Source: Peribolospora baueri (lineage: Eukaryota). From it: a stretch of DNA of 64,000 nucleotides. Below are positions 25,905 through 40,143 of the stretch, piece by piece. Position numbers and translations under genes: made by a program. The first letter of the stretch is position 1; each line of letters opens with the position of its first letter. The stretch spans positions 1 to 64,000 of the forward strand of contig JAMDHS010000051.1 in the NCBI GenBank assembly GCA_029717555.1, read 5' to 3'. The notes under the pieces were generated by a model, which did not search any database, was not told the origin of the DNA, and was given only the letters and a program-made list of their open reading frames with translations.

Positions 25905-26565
25905 GCTCTCTGCCGTTCGCCAGTCGATACGGATGGGATGAAGGTGTCCTTGTTTGGTTACCCGTATCATATTCTGGACTGGCCGCGCTTGCAACTAGCA
26001 AAAACTTGCAGATGAACGAGTTTTGGACAAGAGAGATGTTGGCATATGAGTGTTCCAGGTTAGGCTATCGTCGGCTCGCCGTCCGACCTGTGTGGGCAGC
26101 ACGTACTCGCACTTTTCTTCTGGAGCGCCGAGCGCCTTCGCGTGCCCCGCCTCCTAACTTCAGGACTTCTTCGCAGGTCGGCTTTTATCTCGAAGTCATA
26201 TGTGGGCCCAGAAGCATGGCTTAGGTCGCCCCGAATATGCCATTTTCTATCCTGTAGTAACATGTGAATGTATGGCTCCTCTTTGAGGCAACAGCCATCG
26301 TCCTCGTCGACGTGTGAACTGGTCGCGAAGATTTGGCAGGCGCTCGTGGTATTGTGTCCACGTGACTTGCTGGCCGCAGCCGCCCACAGCGAGCTAAGGG
26401 GACGAGCACGAGCACGAACCATCTCGAGGTCGACAACGACAACGACGACGAACGGCGGCGGCGGCGACATCGAACAAGAACAGCTAACGCTCTCTCACCT
26501 TCAGATTTCCCCTCATCCATCCTTGTCTTTCTTTCCTACTCCTGCTCGCCTTACCCGCCTCCGAG

Positions 26566-28022
26566 ATGGCCCCCCACTATGACTTTCTCATAAAACTCCT
26601 CCTGATCGGCGACTCCGGTGAGTTGCCGCCTCTCCCGTCGATCGAGACATGCTTGTCCGTACCCCAAACACAACATGCGGCCCATTGCAGTTCTCTCACC
26701 ACACTATTTTGCCATTCATATTTTTGCTCTTTTTTTGGCCGCTTCCATCCCCGTGGTCATTTTACGCTGAGACATCGTAGGCGTGGGCAAGTCATGTCTC
26801 CTCCTCCGCTTCTGCGACGACGCTTGGACGCCTTCGTTTATCACCACCATCGGTATTGACTTTAAGTGGGTCTCACGGATCATCCTGCATTCCACAGTCT
26901 GTCCCTCGGCTAGTTCTGTTCCCCGGTTTATGGCCTTGGAAGCACCCTTCCTGGGTCACTTTAAATACCAGAGCTCACACTCGGTTTCCTCCTGTTCTCC
27001 TTGAACGCCTCTTCCTTTTCTCGCCTCCAGGATTCGAACGATCGAGCTCGATGGCAAACGTATCAAGCTACAGATTGTGCGTTACCCTTACGTGCCTGTC
27101 CAAGTCCAGCTTTGCCCGTCTTCAATTTCTCACAGTGGTTGGCCTTGGCTTCATCCGTTCATTCGACCGCAGTGGGACACAGCTGGGCAAGAGCGATTCA
27201 GGACGATTACGACCGCTTACTACCGTGGCGCGATGGGCATTCTGTTGGTGTACGACGTGACCGATGAGAGGAGCTTCAACAGTGAGTCTTTCTACTTCGA
27301 TGAAGTCTGCTGCTCTCAAACCGGTCCTTCTCTACGTACGGTCATGTGTTGGCCACTTCTCCTCCTGCGGCTGGATTATTTTGCTCATACCCATCCTTTT
27401 GTGTTTATATCTCATTAGACGTCCGGACATGGCACGCCAACATCGAGCAGCATGCGTCCGAGGGAGTAAGCAAGATTTTGGTCGGTAACAAGTCGGACTG
27501 GGAGGAGAAGAGGGTGAGCTGTCGTCGTCGCACATCGTCGGCGGTTTTCTCATGTCGAGAGGGACGACCAGGAACTCAATGGGGTGCCTTTCGCCCTTGG
27601 AATAGTCGGTCACAACAGAACAGGGCAAGGAATTGGCCGAGGAGCTGGGCATTCAATATATCGAGACGAGCGCAAAGGCGAACTCGAACGTGGAGGAGGC
27701 CTTCTTCCAGCTAGCTAGGTGTGTATCACATATTGTCCTGGCCACAGAGGACGCATTTTTCCTATGCCGCCTTCGCCTTTCTTTCTTCCTGCCCTGTCCT
27801 TTCCCAACTGCGCTGACCTCGCAATTTGGCAATGTTCCACACTTTATATCTTGCGTTGTACCTGCCTTTGTTGTCTCTAGAGACGTCAAAGCTCGCCTGA
27901 TTGATACTGCTCCAGACGCCGCTTCGTCTGCCACGTCGCCCTCGTACCGAGCCGGTGCCAATGGCGGAGGCGTTAATGTTGGGGCTGGCGCAGAGAACAA
28001 GGCGGCCGGGTGCTGTACCTGA
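26566..28022 (+). CDS. SEC4: Rab GTPase Sec4/Ypt2 (Rab8 family)
   Basis: [70 protein letters not shown]. Confidence 0.95.
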
Positions 28023-29645
28023 TTGGAATTAAGCGGGGAGCGCTCGTAGATGTCTGTCCCTTGTTGACCCTCTCAGAAGGTCGGTAGTCGTTTGTTCTGG
28101 TCGCAAACGACCTTTCCGGCCGCGCATGGCCTTCCGCACATTTCCTCGTTCCATGGCTCGCCTAGAGCCTGGTCCGGTTGCCTCCCTCTTCTTTCGCCAC
28201 TTCTTGGCCTCTTCTTCTCGTCGACCTCCACTCGGGGAACGCTTCCGCTTCTCTTACCTTCTACTCTTTTTTTCATCTCTCTCCGTTCTACACGTGTGTC
28301 GCTGGCATTGGAATGAGACACTACTGTAAGCCGTGTAGAAGTGTCGAGTTTACAGGGCGTAGTTAATGTACCCAACACCGCAGGTACCTCCCATTAATAG
28401 GTCGACAGGGCGGAAGGGGAGAATATTTAGGCAAGACTCAAGGTTCGGCAGGCATTCGTCAGGGCGTTCTCTTGCTCGTGATGGCTGGCTCGTTTGGTCG
28501 TCCATCAAACTGTAAATATCATTTTGCCCACCGAGTTTCCTGCCTATGCCCCATGGGAGGATGGTGAGAATGCTCAGCTGCGTCCAGTATCTGGATAAAG
28601 AGGCTTCGAAAGATGGCGTAATATGAACAAGGCCTTTCACCTGCTCTTAACCCGAAGAGGCAGTATATACAGGTGCGACTGTGCTCCGCCGCGCAATGAA
28701 GGCAACAATAGCTGATCTCCCGGGGGTGGTGAGGAGAGGCCATCTGACTTGCTTCTCCCAGGCCAACTCGTCGCTTGTGCCGCCTTCGTCTGACGAACAC
28801 TGTCCGGGCACCTCGGGAACGCGGAGAAGGAGCAGGTCTTGATCGCCATGGCTGCGAGCAGCTAAACAAGTGGCAGTAGGCGTGACCTGTCCCGCGCGTT
28901 CGCGAATTGGCAATCAACCATGGACAATGAATGGGCCATTCGACGTCGATGCCGCCATCGGTTGTGAAGGCGCGGGGCGACATTGCGAGGGACAGGGAGA
29001 GATCATCGAGGAGCAGTTGGTCGGAAGCGAGGGAGGACGACACGACGAGCGCACAAGGCCCTCGAGACGGCGGATGAGATGAGCGAGAAGGTCAAGAAAG
29101 GGTAATGGACTGGAATGGAGGTCGACGCGGTGTTTCTGGCAAGGGAGGGGGACGAGGGCAAGTGTGCTCGAGTGGTAGGGATAATGAAGCGGGCGGGAAT
29201 GATGGAAGAAGTCGTGGAGAATACTCGGACGCCGCCGCCACGCTCGTCGCCGATGACGAACCGGAGACAGTAAATGACCTCACAAGCAACCGAATTTCCT
29301 CTCTTCCCCGTTCTAAATGCCAAGCCGTTGCAATTTAGACTCCCTCTGTTCGGAGGCGGGATCATTGGCCGAATTCCACTTGAATCGACCGCACACCCTT
29401 GAAGAGACGAACGAACGGTAGGAAGCGGGACGGTGGGTGGATGGATGATGGGAGAGAAAATAGAATTGCCAAGGAAGGCTAAAGTTCACAGAGACGAACA
29501 GACGAGACTATCCGACATACATACCCGGTCGATGGGGTGGCTGCGTTGCAACGTGTTCGACCGAGCCTACGAAGAATCCTCCTATCATACTTCCTTGTCC
29601 GTAGGTACCGCGAGGGAAGGGAACCGGATGGATGAAGGCGAGACA

Positions 29646-31022
29646 TTAATATCCGCCCCCGTAGCCACCGCCACCGCCTTGGGATGGCGGGTAGCCGTAG
29701 CCGCCCTTGGGGAGAGGAGGAACGGGAGGCACCTGACCGAAGCCACCGTAACCCGAACCCGATCCACCGTGGAGAGCGTGGGAGCCGCCCATGACGCTCC
29801 CTCGGTCGTCAAGCACTTCGGCATTGCTACCGACATTGGAGCCCAGAAGAGGGTCCTTAACCTCCCATACGGCTGCCTTGGAACCGACGGAGAACTCGAG
29901 GTCTTCCTTGGTGATAGAGTCCCAGTACTGTAGGGAGCGACCGAGAGACACGGAAAAAGGAAGGAGAGAGACGGTGAAAAGGAATGGGAATAGTGGTCAG
30001 TTTCGTGCCAGAGTGTAGCCGTGGCTGTACAAGCGGTCGGCGAAGATATGCCCACCTTGTAGACCATCATAACGCTGAGGAGCATGCAGAGACATCCAAA
30101 GAAGAGACCATCGATGTAGTGTTTTACGGCGTCGCAGATGGTGTTGCTGAAGGCGAACTCGACGACGACTGCAATAGCGAAGAAGGCGACGCCAAAGAGG
30201 ATGTCGCCGAGCGGCCAGCGGTCATCAAGAGTTCGAAGGACAAGAACGATCTGAAGGACGACGTAGATCGCGACGACTGCAAGGGGGAAGATGAGCTGGA
30301 CGATCTGGAGCCCGATGGGCTTGGCCGGGCTGAAGGACGCCCATGACCGGAAAGTGGCGATGGAGATGAAGAAGGACACGATCCCCACGCCAAGCGAGGT
30401 CAAGCGGAGGAACTACGGAAGCGAAAATGAAGGAACCGGAGTGAGTGAGAATGAAAACGCGAATGGCACATTTTGCGCGTCCGCTCTCGCGCTCGTTGAC
30501 TCACCCAGAGGCTCTTAGGTGTGCCGTCCTCGGCGAACTGGAAACCAACGAAGCCATTGATGAGAAGACACCAGAAAGTAGCAGTGACAAAGCCCTCGTA
30601 TACGGCGGTAAACCACTGAAGGGGATGGAAAACAAAGCGTTTGAGTAGGGGAAGACGCGTGGGAGAGAGCGCGGGCGTCGGGAACTCACAGGATACACGT
30701 TGCTAGCGGTGGGGATGATGGCCGAGTCGAGGAAAAGAGCGAGGATCTCATCGATAGCAAAAAGATAGAAGAACATAACAATCTCCTTCCGTCCTACGGC
30801 GGTGTACTTGGATCGGATGTGGTAGATCATGATGGCGGTCATGATGAGCGCCACGATGTGGATGAAGCAGGTCGCAGGCTGGAAGATGAGGGTGGTGTTG
30901 AACTCGACATTTCGCGAATAACAAGTGGGCGTGATGCCGACTTCTGTAGTGCCGAGAAGAGGACAGACAACGAGTGCGACGGACTGGCAGATGCCGTCGT
31001 AGGAGCCGAAGGAGACGCCCAT
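29646..31022 (-). CDS. CHS7: Chitin synthase export chaperone Chs7
   Basis: [87 protein letters not shown]. Confidence 0.95.
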
Positions 31023-33075
31023 GGCGGGCGGGAGTGCGGCTCAGGGGGAAAGAAGGTGAAGGCACGCTCGGAAGACGAACGGGGATCAGCGCTGGGCGGG
31101 TCGAGCGAGGAGCAAAAAGACGTGTAAAAAAAGGCAAAGGAGAGAAAAGAGGGCGAAGGGCGGCGCTGATGGTAAAGGAGAGTGGGCAGGCAGTCGGCGT
31201 CGCGGTGAAGGGGAGATATGGCCGATGGTGGTGAGAGGTTGGAGAAATTTAAGAGATGGCCGGCGACGTCGCGGGCGGCAACGATCAAACCGTATACCGT
31301 GTACACGTGGGCGAGCGTAGTAGTATACACCTGTACACGTACATCAACCCCCGCCGTCCTGTGCTCGCTCCACCTCTTCACCTCCATGTTTGCTTGCCCG
31401 TGGCGGCGGAAGGGCAGGCGGTTTCATTCTGACGGGTACGCTGCCGACGATCTCTCTCGCAACGACGACCAGTGAATCCAGGGGCGTCGGCTGTGACACG
31501 CAAGGCGGAGGTGACTGCACATACTTACGAAAAACTCCCGCAGCGGGAGGGCGCACTGAGCAACGTGCCGATGACGACGCCGCCGTAGTTACAGTGACAC
31601 GGAACAACCTCGCGCTCAAGAAGGACGCCAACAGCGCCGGACGTCTGGGTTGAAGTACCCCAAGCAGCTGCTGATCTGTCCATACCTCGCCCGCTCAGAA
31701 TTACTGCATGCGAGCCAGGCGCCTCGCTTACGGCGGCAGCCCGTGCCTCCAGAAAGAGAAGCCGAGATCCAAGTCGGCCAGCCACGACTGCTATCACTAG
31801 TAGGAATCGTCCCCATTCCTCTCCCCTTTCTCCCGACCGCTTTCTCACTCGGAATTCGCTCGTTATGCCTCGTGATTTGCTTTCCCAGAGGCCGTCGATG
31901 GCCCTGCTCAAGAGCCAATCGTTGTTCTCTCCCCCTCCGGCCTCGATGAGCCCGCCCGTTCCCGCCGCGAAGGCTCGGCCTTCCAAGCGCGCTCGAGGAG
32001 AAGAGACTCGGAGTCTGAGCGGGGTGAACATGACTTTCGAGTTGCACGACGGGGGTAGCCAGCAACCTAAACGCAAAGAAAACTCGACGGTCGACCAGCA
32101 CTCCCGAAGAGAAGACTAGAGGCCCGAACGGAGATAACGACGCGAAGAGGTCGGAAGCCAAGCATTCACCAAAAATACATTGCCAACGACGATATGAATA
32201 TGGAAGGGCCTTCTCTGAGGCCGGAGACTGTCGGCGACACTGTCGGTCATCATCCATCCGAGGCCGCTGCCGCGACCTGTTCCTCCAAGCGAATGGCTGA
32301 AGAGAAAAAAAAGCCCTCCGACGACGAGTGCGACGAGGAGGACGGATTTGCAGCTGCTATTTGTGACCCACCGTCCCTTCGTCAATGAGATGACTGAGGG
32401 TCGACGTGCGAGAAATGCTGGCGACGATGCCGGCCGCATTTCCATGTCTACCGCTGCCACTAAACACAAAAATTGCAAAGGAGGTCGGGGACTCGTACCG
32501 TATTTCATCATGAGCGGCGGTTCGGCCCTGGCAAGACCCGACGAGCCCTCAAAACCGCCACAGATGGAGGAGCCGGAGTGGCAGAAGGTCGTGCCGGACG
32601 ACGAAGAGCTTCGACAGTACCTGTGAGCCGTTCGACGATTTTTCGCCCTCTTCAGCTCGGTCCTCTTGCGTGGCGCGCACTAAGCGCTTGGCTGCGACTT
32701 AGCCGAGCCTTTTTAGTGACTCTGTAGCCGCAGGCATGTTGCGCGCGGGGCAGATGTTTCAGCGAACGGGCGGAGTAGGATACATAGGAGCAAAAAAGGC
32801 AGACACACAATGGGGAGATCAGGATAGTCCTGCCTCAGACTCTTATACACTTGTTGTTCGACCGGGGACTGCTCTATAGAAGACGGGAATGGCGGAGCGG
32901 CCTAAAGGTTTGTTGCGTAATCGGTCAATTTCTGTTCTCTGAGTCGCCGGTCGAGAACGTTCACTCATAAACGTCTCACCCGTGGTAACGTTCAGAAGAC
33001 AGACAGCGACGAGGAGCTTCCACGTGTCTGGCCGCACTTCTTCCTGTGAATAGACAGATGGTCGAAGTGAAAGTG

Positions 33076-33099
33076 AAAAAAAAAAAAAAAAAAAAAAAA
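33076..33099. repeat. Poly(A) tract (24 nt)
   Basis: Direct reading. Confidence 0.9.
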
Positions 33100-34270
33100 G
33101 GTTGAGCGTGAGCGGGCTTTGACGCAGGGAGAGGTTGGAAAAAGGAACGAACGGCGGTTCCCGACCTGGATCAGCCCAAACTCATACTCGTCGTCGATCG
33201 GAAGCTCGTGCGGATTCTTGGGAACTGTGTACCGGGCCCCGTGCCGTCACCAATGTCGGACAGAGAGTGGTTGACGAAATCCTCAGTCGGAGAAGACTTG
33301 ACTGAACAACGTCTGGTAAAGGAGCTGGAGCGAACGAGCGAAAGATGGCTTTGAGTGGCATCCCGAACGATGTTTACTGGGGCCTCTGTCGTGATGTTCT
33401 CTGGTGCTCTCTGTCGTTCAGAGATGCGGCCAATCGCTCCCTATCAGCTATCATTCCAAGGGAACAGTTCCACAGGCTCTTGGGCCCGACGACACTCTGT
33501 ATGACTGAAAGATATACCGGTTTATTGCGCTACCTAGGGCCAGGCTCCCATGTACGCTCCTCACATTCCGGCCTTAGAGGAGTAAGCGAGCATGCACTCT
33601 CCACCCATTAAACCAGAGAAAATGGGGCGGATCCGTCTTACGCGCTCCCCCACTTATCATGACGGTAGCCGCGCTCGTCGATCGGTTCACTACGTAAGGG
33701 CGTCTTCACCCATGGGTACGCCTCGCTTCCTTTGCTAAAGCTTAGCCTCATGTACGCTTCGCCTCCCCCGTTTGTTCAACGCTTCGCTCCGAACATGTTC
33801 AGGTTGTAGCAATAAGATTGCTTGATTGCGCGCTTGGACGACGGGGACAATGTTAAGAGAGCGTGACCGGGCGTGATCGGATCGTGGTGGACGGCTGTGT
33901 AGCCCTTCTCTCTCAAACTGGTTGTTGTGTTTCCGGTAAGCTGCCCATCACCAGTTCCGCACTCGGTCTTCAAATATTAGCCGGTACGCTGGACGCTGCT
34001 GTCGCCGGAGCGCAACTCAGACCGACCAGCGTAAGCAGATCCCGAGCGCTGAGGGCAAGCAGACGCCGAGAAAGGCGATCGATCGACGGGGATCTGCTCA
34101 TCGGAAGGGAGAGAGGTGGCCAGGACGCCTTTGTCGGCCCGCGGGATGCCCCAAAGCGGTTCCATTTCGTACTCGAGTGCTGTTTCGGTGGGGCGACGAT
34201 TAAATAAAAAAGCAAGCCCGGTCTCGTCGCGCTCCCGTTCACCGTAGTCACTCTGAACACCACCGCCGCC

Positions 34271-35630
34271 ATGAACAAGATGAAGGTCGGCGTCCTCGGT
34301 GCTACAGGTGAGGTAGAAGAAATCTTGAGAGCGCCCCTTCGTACTTCCTCTCATCTCTTCTCGTTCTTGGACTCCCTCATCCTACAAGGCACCGTCGGCC
34401 AGCGCTTCATCCTCCAGCTTTCCTCGCACCCGCAATTCGACCTTCACGCGCTCGGCGCTTCCAAGAAGTCAGCCGGCAGGCCCTACAGCAAAGCCGTCAG
34501 TGGGCGATGGAAGCAGTCTGCGCCGATACCCGACAACGTGCGCCATATGGTCGTGACAGAGTGCAGGCCAGATGAGCAAGGGTGGTCCCAGTGCGAGGTC
34601 GTCTTCTCAGGGCTTGACTCGGACGTGGCGGGAGACGTCGGTGAGTGATGACGGTAGCGCCTTGGTCTGAGCTGCCGAAGTGCTCGTCTGAGGCCGCTTG
34701 TGTGCCTGCGCCCACCGTTCCATCCTTTTCTTCTTGCAGAGGCCGCCTTTCGAGATGCCAACCTCCGCGTCTTCTCCAATGCAAAGAACTATCGGCAAGA
34801 CCCTCACGTTCCTCTTGTGGTTCCGCTCGTCAATCCCTCCCACTTCGACATGATCCCCCACCAGCGCAAGTCCCTCGCCCCATCTCCCTCAAAGGGCTTC
34901 ATCATCACCAACGCAAACTGCTCCACCACCAGCCTGGTCGTCCCTCTCAAAGCTCTTTCAGACGCATTTGGGCCGCTCGACCGCGTCATGGTGCAAACCA
35001 TGCAGGCCATCTCCGGCGCCGGCTACCCAGGCGTCAGCTCACTTGATATCCTGGACAACGTCGTCCCGTATATCAATGGGGAGGAGGAGAAGATGGAGTG
35101 GGAGGTCGGCAAGATCCTCGGAGCCATCTCGGAGGACAATAAATCATTTGACCATGCACCGCTGAAGGTATCGGCTTCGTGCAACCGTGTCCCTGTAATC
35201 GACGGCCACCTCGAGTGCGTCTCGGTGAGCTTTGCAAACCGGCCACCTCCCAGCCCTGAAGCGGTGCGCGAAAAACTGAGCAACTTCGTCAGCGAGGCGC
35301 AGAAGCTTGGCTGCCATTCCGCGCCAAAAGTGGCGATCACGGTGCACGACGAAGAGGATAGGCCTCAACCCAGGTTGGATAGGGATTGGCAGAACGGGGC
35401 GGGGGTGAGCGTGGGCAGGGTGAGAAAGTGTGGTGTACTGGATATTAAGGTGCGTCAGGCCTGGCTGCAAAGTCGCAGTCCCTTGCATATTACGACCGTG
35501 CCTGACTTTCTGCTTCTGCTGCCGCCGTCATTGTCAGTTCGTTGTGCTGGTCAACAATGTTATGCTCGGAGCTGCCACCAGCTCAATCATGAACGCCGAG
35601 ATCGCTCTGGCAAAGGGATACCTTTCCTAA
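34271..35630 (+). CDS. HOM2: Aspartate-semialdehyde dehydrogenase
   Basis: KVGVLGATG|TVGQRFI, VFSNAKNYRQDPHVPLVVPLVN, NANCSTT (catalytic Cys), TMQAISGAGYPG, CNRVPVIDGHLECVS, QPRLDRD, NNVMLGAATSSIMNAE. Confidence 0.97.
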
Positions 35631-36564
35631 GCTAATTTTCATTGCGCACGCGCACCTGCTCCTTGTACAAAGGCTTTATGACGCGTCTACGTCGCTTCCC
35701 TTGGCTTCCGCTGATGATTAGAAGGATCAATAGAGACGAACGACTTTTTGTCTAGCGCCCTGAGTGGTACTTGTACGTCACGTTAAGAATCTTGTAGAGG
35801 CGAGATTGAGAGATCAAGACGGATCGCAAATATGGGGAAAAGAGACAAGCCACGTAAGGAAACAATGAGAAGGAGAAAGGGGGAGAATACCCTTCGGAGA
35901 TCAAGCTTAGACTCCAGCTGGGAGATACCGAAAATACGACTCGACGTCCCCCGATCACCTCGGACCCTGCAGGCTAACCTTCACATCCGATCGCGTGCTC
36001 TTCGTGTTGTCTGCTCCATGCCGCCCCACATCGCTTCAGGAGAAATGCAGAAGGATGGCAAGCACGAAATGGAAAACCAGAGGAAACGATAACACATAGA
36101 TCTTCCTTCCAAAAGGGCCGGCAGTGCTGCTAGGACAGCCTCGACCATCACACAGTGAAACTTTGAGGCGTCACCTGCCGGCATCCCACGAGTGGGCTGT
36201 GGCAAGCACGTTCCTTGAGCAAACAGGAAGGAATGATGAACGCCGGTATGCTGGGCACGGAAGGAACGCTTGTTGTTATCTGTGAGGCGGCCCAGACGTC
36301 GTCCCCAGACGGTCCCCACGTACATATAGCGTAGATAGGAACCTTCCCCGTTGTCGCCCATGCTAATCACACACCCCCACACTCCCACACTTCCATCCCC
36401 ACGAGCACTGGAAAGCGCAGCCACATCCTGACGGAGAACGTTGACGCATCTCACTCAGTGATCCACCTAGTGGCATTGCTTCCGTCTAAAAAGAGGGGGT
36501 CTACGAAGTACAAGTACAAAAATGACAAGGTCCCTGGCGAGAAAGACACGTGCAAAAGACAATG

Positions 36565-39500
36565 CTAAGCAGAGACGAATAGCTTGTTCGTTTCGAGAGC
36601 TGCGTGGACGTCACCTAAAAAGCATCGGGAAAGAGCATAAAGAGACCCGGAGTCAGCCGTGCTGGCACAGACGGGTGGCGGCCGAGGGCCAAAGTGAGAA
36701 AGCTCGGAAGCCATAGGCGCTCTACTCACTGGCCATCCCCCCAATCGCCTCGAATGCCGTCGAATAATCCTTCAATGCTGCTTCAATTTTGCCTACCGAC
36801 TCCCATAGTGCCCTCAGTTTCGCCCGCCGCTTCTCTGACTCTTCCGGCCGTGCGGTCACGTCCGCCTCAGCGCTGTGGCTCAGGACGCTGAGCATGAGAA
36901 GCGCGTAGGCGCCCTGCATCGCACAGCACGCGAAAGACGGCATCGTGCGGGGAGTATGGGAGCCGGAAGAGGTTTGGGGAGGATGGGGCAAGCCGGAGAA
37001 AGCGAGGGCGATGTTGTGCGCGGCGTCTGCGCAGCGAGAGAGAGAGACTTCGATGGAAAAGGGCCAGAGCGCCTCGAGCGCGTTTACGGGGCCTTGCTCA
37101 ATGCGTGCTAGCTCTACGTCAGTGGCTGACGAGGTAGAGGTCGGCGAGGTGCTGCATGCGCAACCCAGAGAGGGTAGTTGGGGCATTCCCTTGCTGTGTC
37201 GGGGCATCGAAGTGAGATCGCAGTGACGGCGAACGAATACGGCCCCATCCGCGAAGGCGCGCATGCGGTGAAGCTTGATTCGAGAACTACAAGGGGGTTA
37301 GAAGGTGTAGTGACCGGAGTGAGCTGAGTGGGACAAAACACAACGAGCATACAGGAAGGAATGAGATGGTCAACACGCCTGTTGACTTTGATCCTTGCAA
37401 TCTGCCGTAACGTCCGAGCCAGCACAGCTTCCTCTCGATCCATCGACCATTTTGTCAAAGGCCTCGATCCTTCCTTCGCCATCCACCGCTTGCTTTCGGA
37501 CGCTAGCTCCTCTGCCACTTGATCGAAGTGTCGCACACGGTCAAGAAGCTTCTTGAGCTCAGTGGGAGATCGATCGCCAACGTGAGCTCGGCGAAGACCG
37601 TTCAAACACTCGGTCGCGCCGATGATGCACCGTTGGGCGGAGACGAGGGTGGGCCAGGCCTAGAGAGTACCAAGTCGTGAAAGCAAAATGGGGGAGGAAC
37701 CTGTAAATTCCTTGCGTTGCAGGCTTGGCCGCGTTTCGTGCCTTTACTGAAACAGATCGGAAAAGAGAGAACATACCCCAGGATCGGACGCGATGTTTGG
37801 AAGCTTGGTCGTAAATCGCGGGTCGTTTGGGTCGATCAAGGGGTGCTGCAAACCGAAAGTCAGCAAGATCCGAGGTCAGAAATGGCACATGCGAGCAGGT
37901 ACGAAAGGGGATGAATCATGCAGCACCCACCATGTTGCTGACAACGCTTCCCTGAATCACGCAGATATACTGGACAAAAGCGGTCGAAAGGGGACGAGCA
38001 GAGTCAATATAGGCAACAAGATGACAGGCGCGCCAGAGTGCGAGCGAAGTCGCCTCACTGTCATCCACCAAGCCCTCCTTCGCGCCTCGGTCCCATGCCT
38101 TTCCATCTCGTCATCCGAGTGAAGCTCGAGGCTCATAGCCGTGTTGAGGGCCATCACCGCGCGCTGTCTCATCTTCTGTGTGTTGCCTCGCTGAGCGTAC
38201 TCATAGACGCTCAAAAGAAGGAGCGCCAGAACCGGCTCGAGAGAGGAGGGCACGTCGGGATGGAGGGACGTGGCGCAGTTAGCACACCCCGAAAGGGCGT
38301 CCGTATCGCAGAGGGCGAGAGGAGGGTCGTAGGATGAGGCGAGGATCTCGGACTGCACTTCGACGCTCTCGAGGGCACCCATGGCGAAGTTATGGGCGGC
38401 CGACCGGCGGGCGAGAACCGATCTTTCCGAAGAAGGATGAGGATCTGAGGGGGAGGGTATGAGGGAGAGGATGGCGCTTAAGGCGAGGGAAAGAGTAGAG
38501 GAGGATTGGTGATCGTTAGGAGGGGAGGACGTAGAGGGGAAAGAGCGAGAGAGGAGGTAGGGAGGTGGTAGCGGTAGAATGGGAAAGTACGGGTGGATGT
38601 AGGCATAGTAGTCCACCAGTCTAGAATGGAAACGGAGAACAGTGGCATAAGTTGAGGTCGGCATTTTGTCGGTTCTTTTCGGAGTGGAAGCAAAAAAGGA
38701 GGCCTCACATGTCTTCATCGCTCCCATAGGCCTTGACCGTTGCCTGCGCCTCATACTCCTGGGATTCCATCCCGTCATCCTCTCCCTCCTCACCATCCTC
38801 TTGATCATCTATCTCGATATCCATTTGCCCCGTACACAAATCCTCGGATCCTTCAGCGACTGCCGAGGCGCCCGAGCTGTTAGCAAGCTCCTCTGGCACG
38901 CCCCCGCCCTGGCCTTCAGCATCGCTGCCGCTGCCAATAGAAGCAGAGAAGCTGTCGAGGCTCTGCCTCATGTTCTGTTCGTCCATGTGCCAGAATGAGG
39001 TCAGGGAAGCATCCCCCACGAGTTCTTGCGTAGGCGGCACGCGCGACGCGTGGATGACAGAAGGGAGAGAGGAGCTGCTGGGATCGAGAGGGACGGGCAA
39101 ATAAGAGCCGAGGCGGAGAATGCGGTCCCAGATCTCCTCAAGCGGCGCTGTTCATGGAGAAAAGTATAAGCTGAGCCTAGAAAGAGACACACGCAGGGTC
39201 TTAAGAAAGAGACGCTCACCATCTGCATTTGTGATGCCGGTATCTGTCCCGTCTCCGTTCCCCGCGGTCTGGCTCTTGGCCTTTGCTCGATTCTTGCGGA
39301 CCCTTGGGCCTCCTCTGTGGCTCTTGGTGTACTCGCACGCGCGCTTCTTATTGCTGCACTGTGAAGCATTAAAGCGGGAGACACGAGAAGAAATTAGATT
39401 GCAGCGAACGCGGCAAAGGTACTACGGCGAGCAATCTGGAGGAGCGAGGTCTGACCGACGTGCAAGGTGTTAGGCCGTCACACCGGGTCTTGTTTGCGCG

Positions 39501-39679
39501 GCTGGCAGAAATGGAAGCGATCCGTCAGGCCGAGTGGCGAAAGCACGGCGGCGGTCGGGCTTTGCTCACCAGGCAAGACATGCCGACTTGACTGGCGGCT
39601 TCTTGAACTTGTAGCGACGCTCGGATCGAGCAGGAAGCGAGCTGGACAAAGCAGCACGGGGATCTGGGTCGACGGGCAT
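36565..39679 (-). CDS. Zn2Cys6 (GAL4-like) transcription factor with fungal-TF middle homology domain
   Basis: Spliced KSACLAC RANKTRCDGLTPCTS CSNKKRACEY; YYAYIHPYFPILP; ALLLLSVYEYAQRGN..EARRRAWWMT; PSFACCAMQGAYALLM. Confidence 0.9.
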
Positions 39680-40143
39680 CGGGACGGCGAGATTAAGAGG
39701 GAAGAAATGGGGATGGGATGGAGGAGAAGGAAGAGACGAGTACGACGGCGAGCGCATCGTATATCTAAGACAGGCTCGGCCGGAATGCATCCCTTCTCAT
39801 TGGCCGCAGCTTATCAGTGCGCAGCGCGGAACGACTGCGGCCGTACACAGCCGGTCTTCGTTTAAGCCGCGTCTTATCTGTCGATCGCGTCGCGGCTCGT
39901 ATCGCATCGGATATAAGGGGCGTTATGTATACAATGCAGCATCCTGCCGTTTGATCTACACCTAGTCCTAATTTCCCAATCCACCTTCGTGGCTGACGAG
40001 CTAGCTAGCTAGCTACAGGAGGGTCTATCGCTGCCATCCTCTCGTCACCCGCAAGTCACGCGCAAATGCCGCCGGCTAGCAAAGCGGCCGAACGGTCACG
40101 CGAGGTCATGGTGCCCTTTCCATTTATCGTCTCCGCCGCTACC

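Noticed and set aside
28519..29043. 174-aa minus-strand ORF between SEC4 and CHS7
   Set aside because: No recognisable motif; composition degrades after ~45 aa; cannot support a call.
35981..36454. 157-aa ORF between HOM2 and the TF as an extra cluster gene
   Set aside because: Non-ATG start, no motifs, and it lies in a convergent terminator region.
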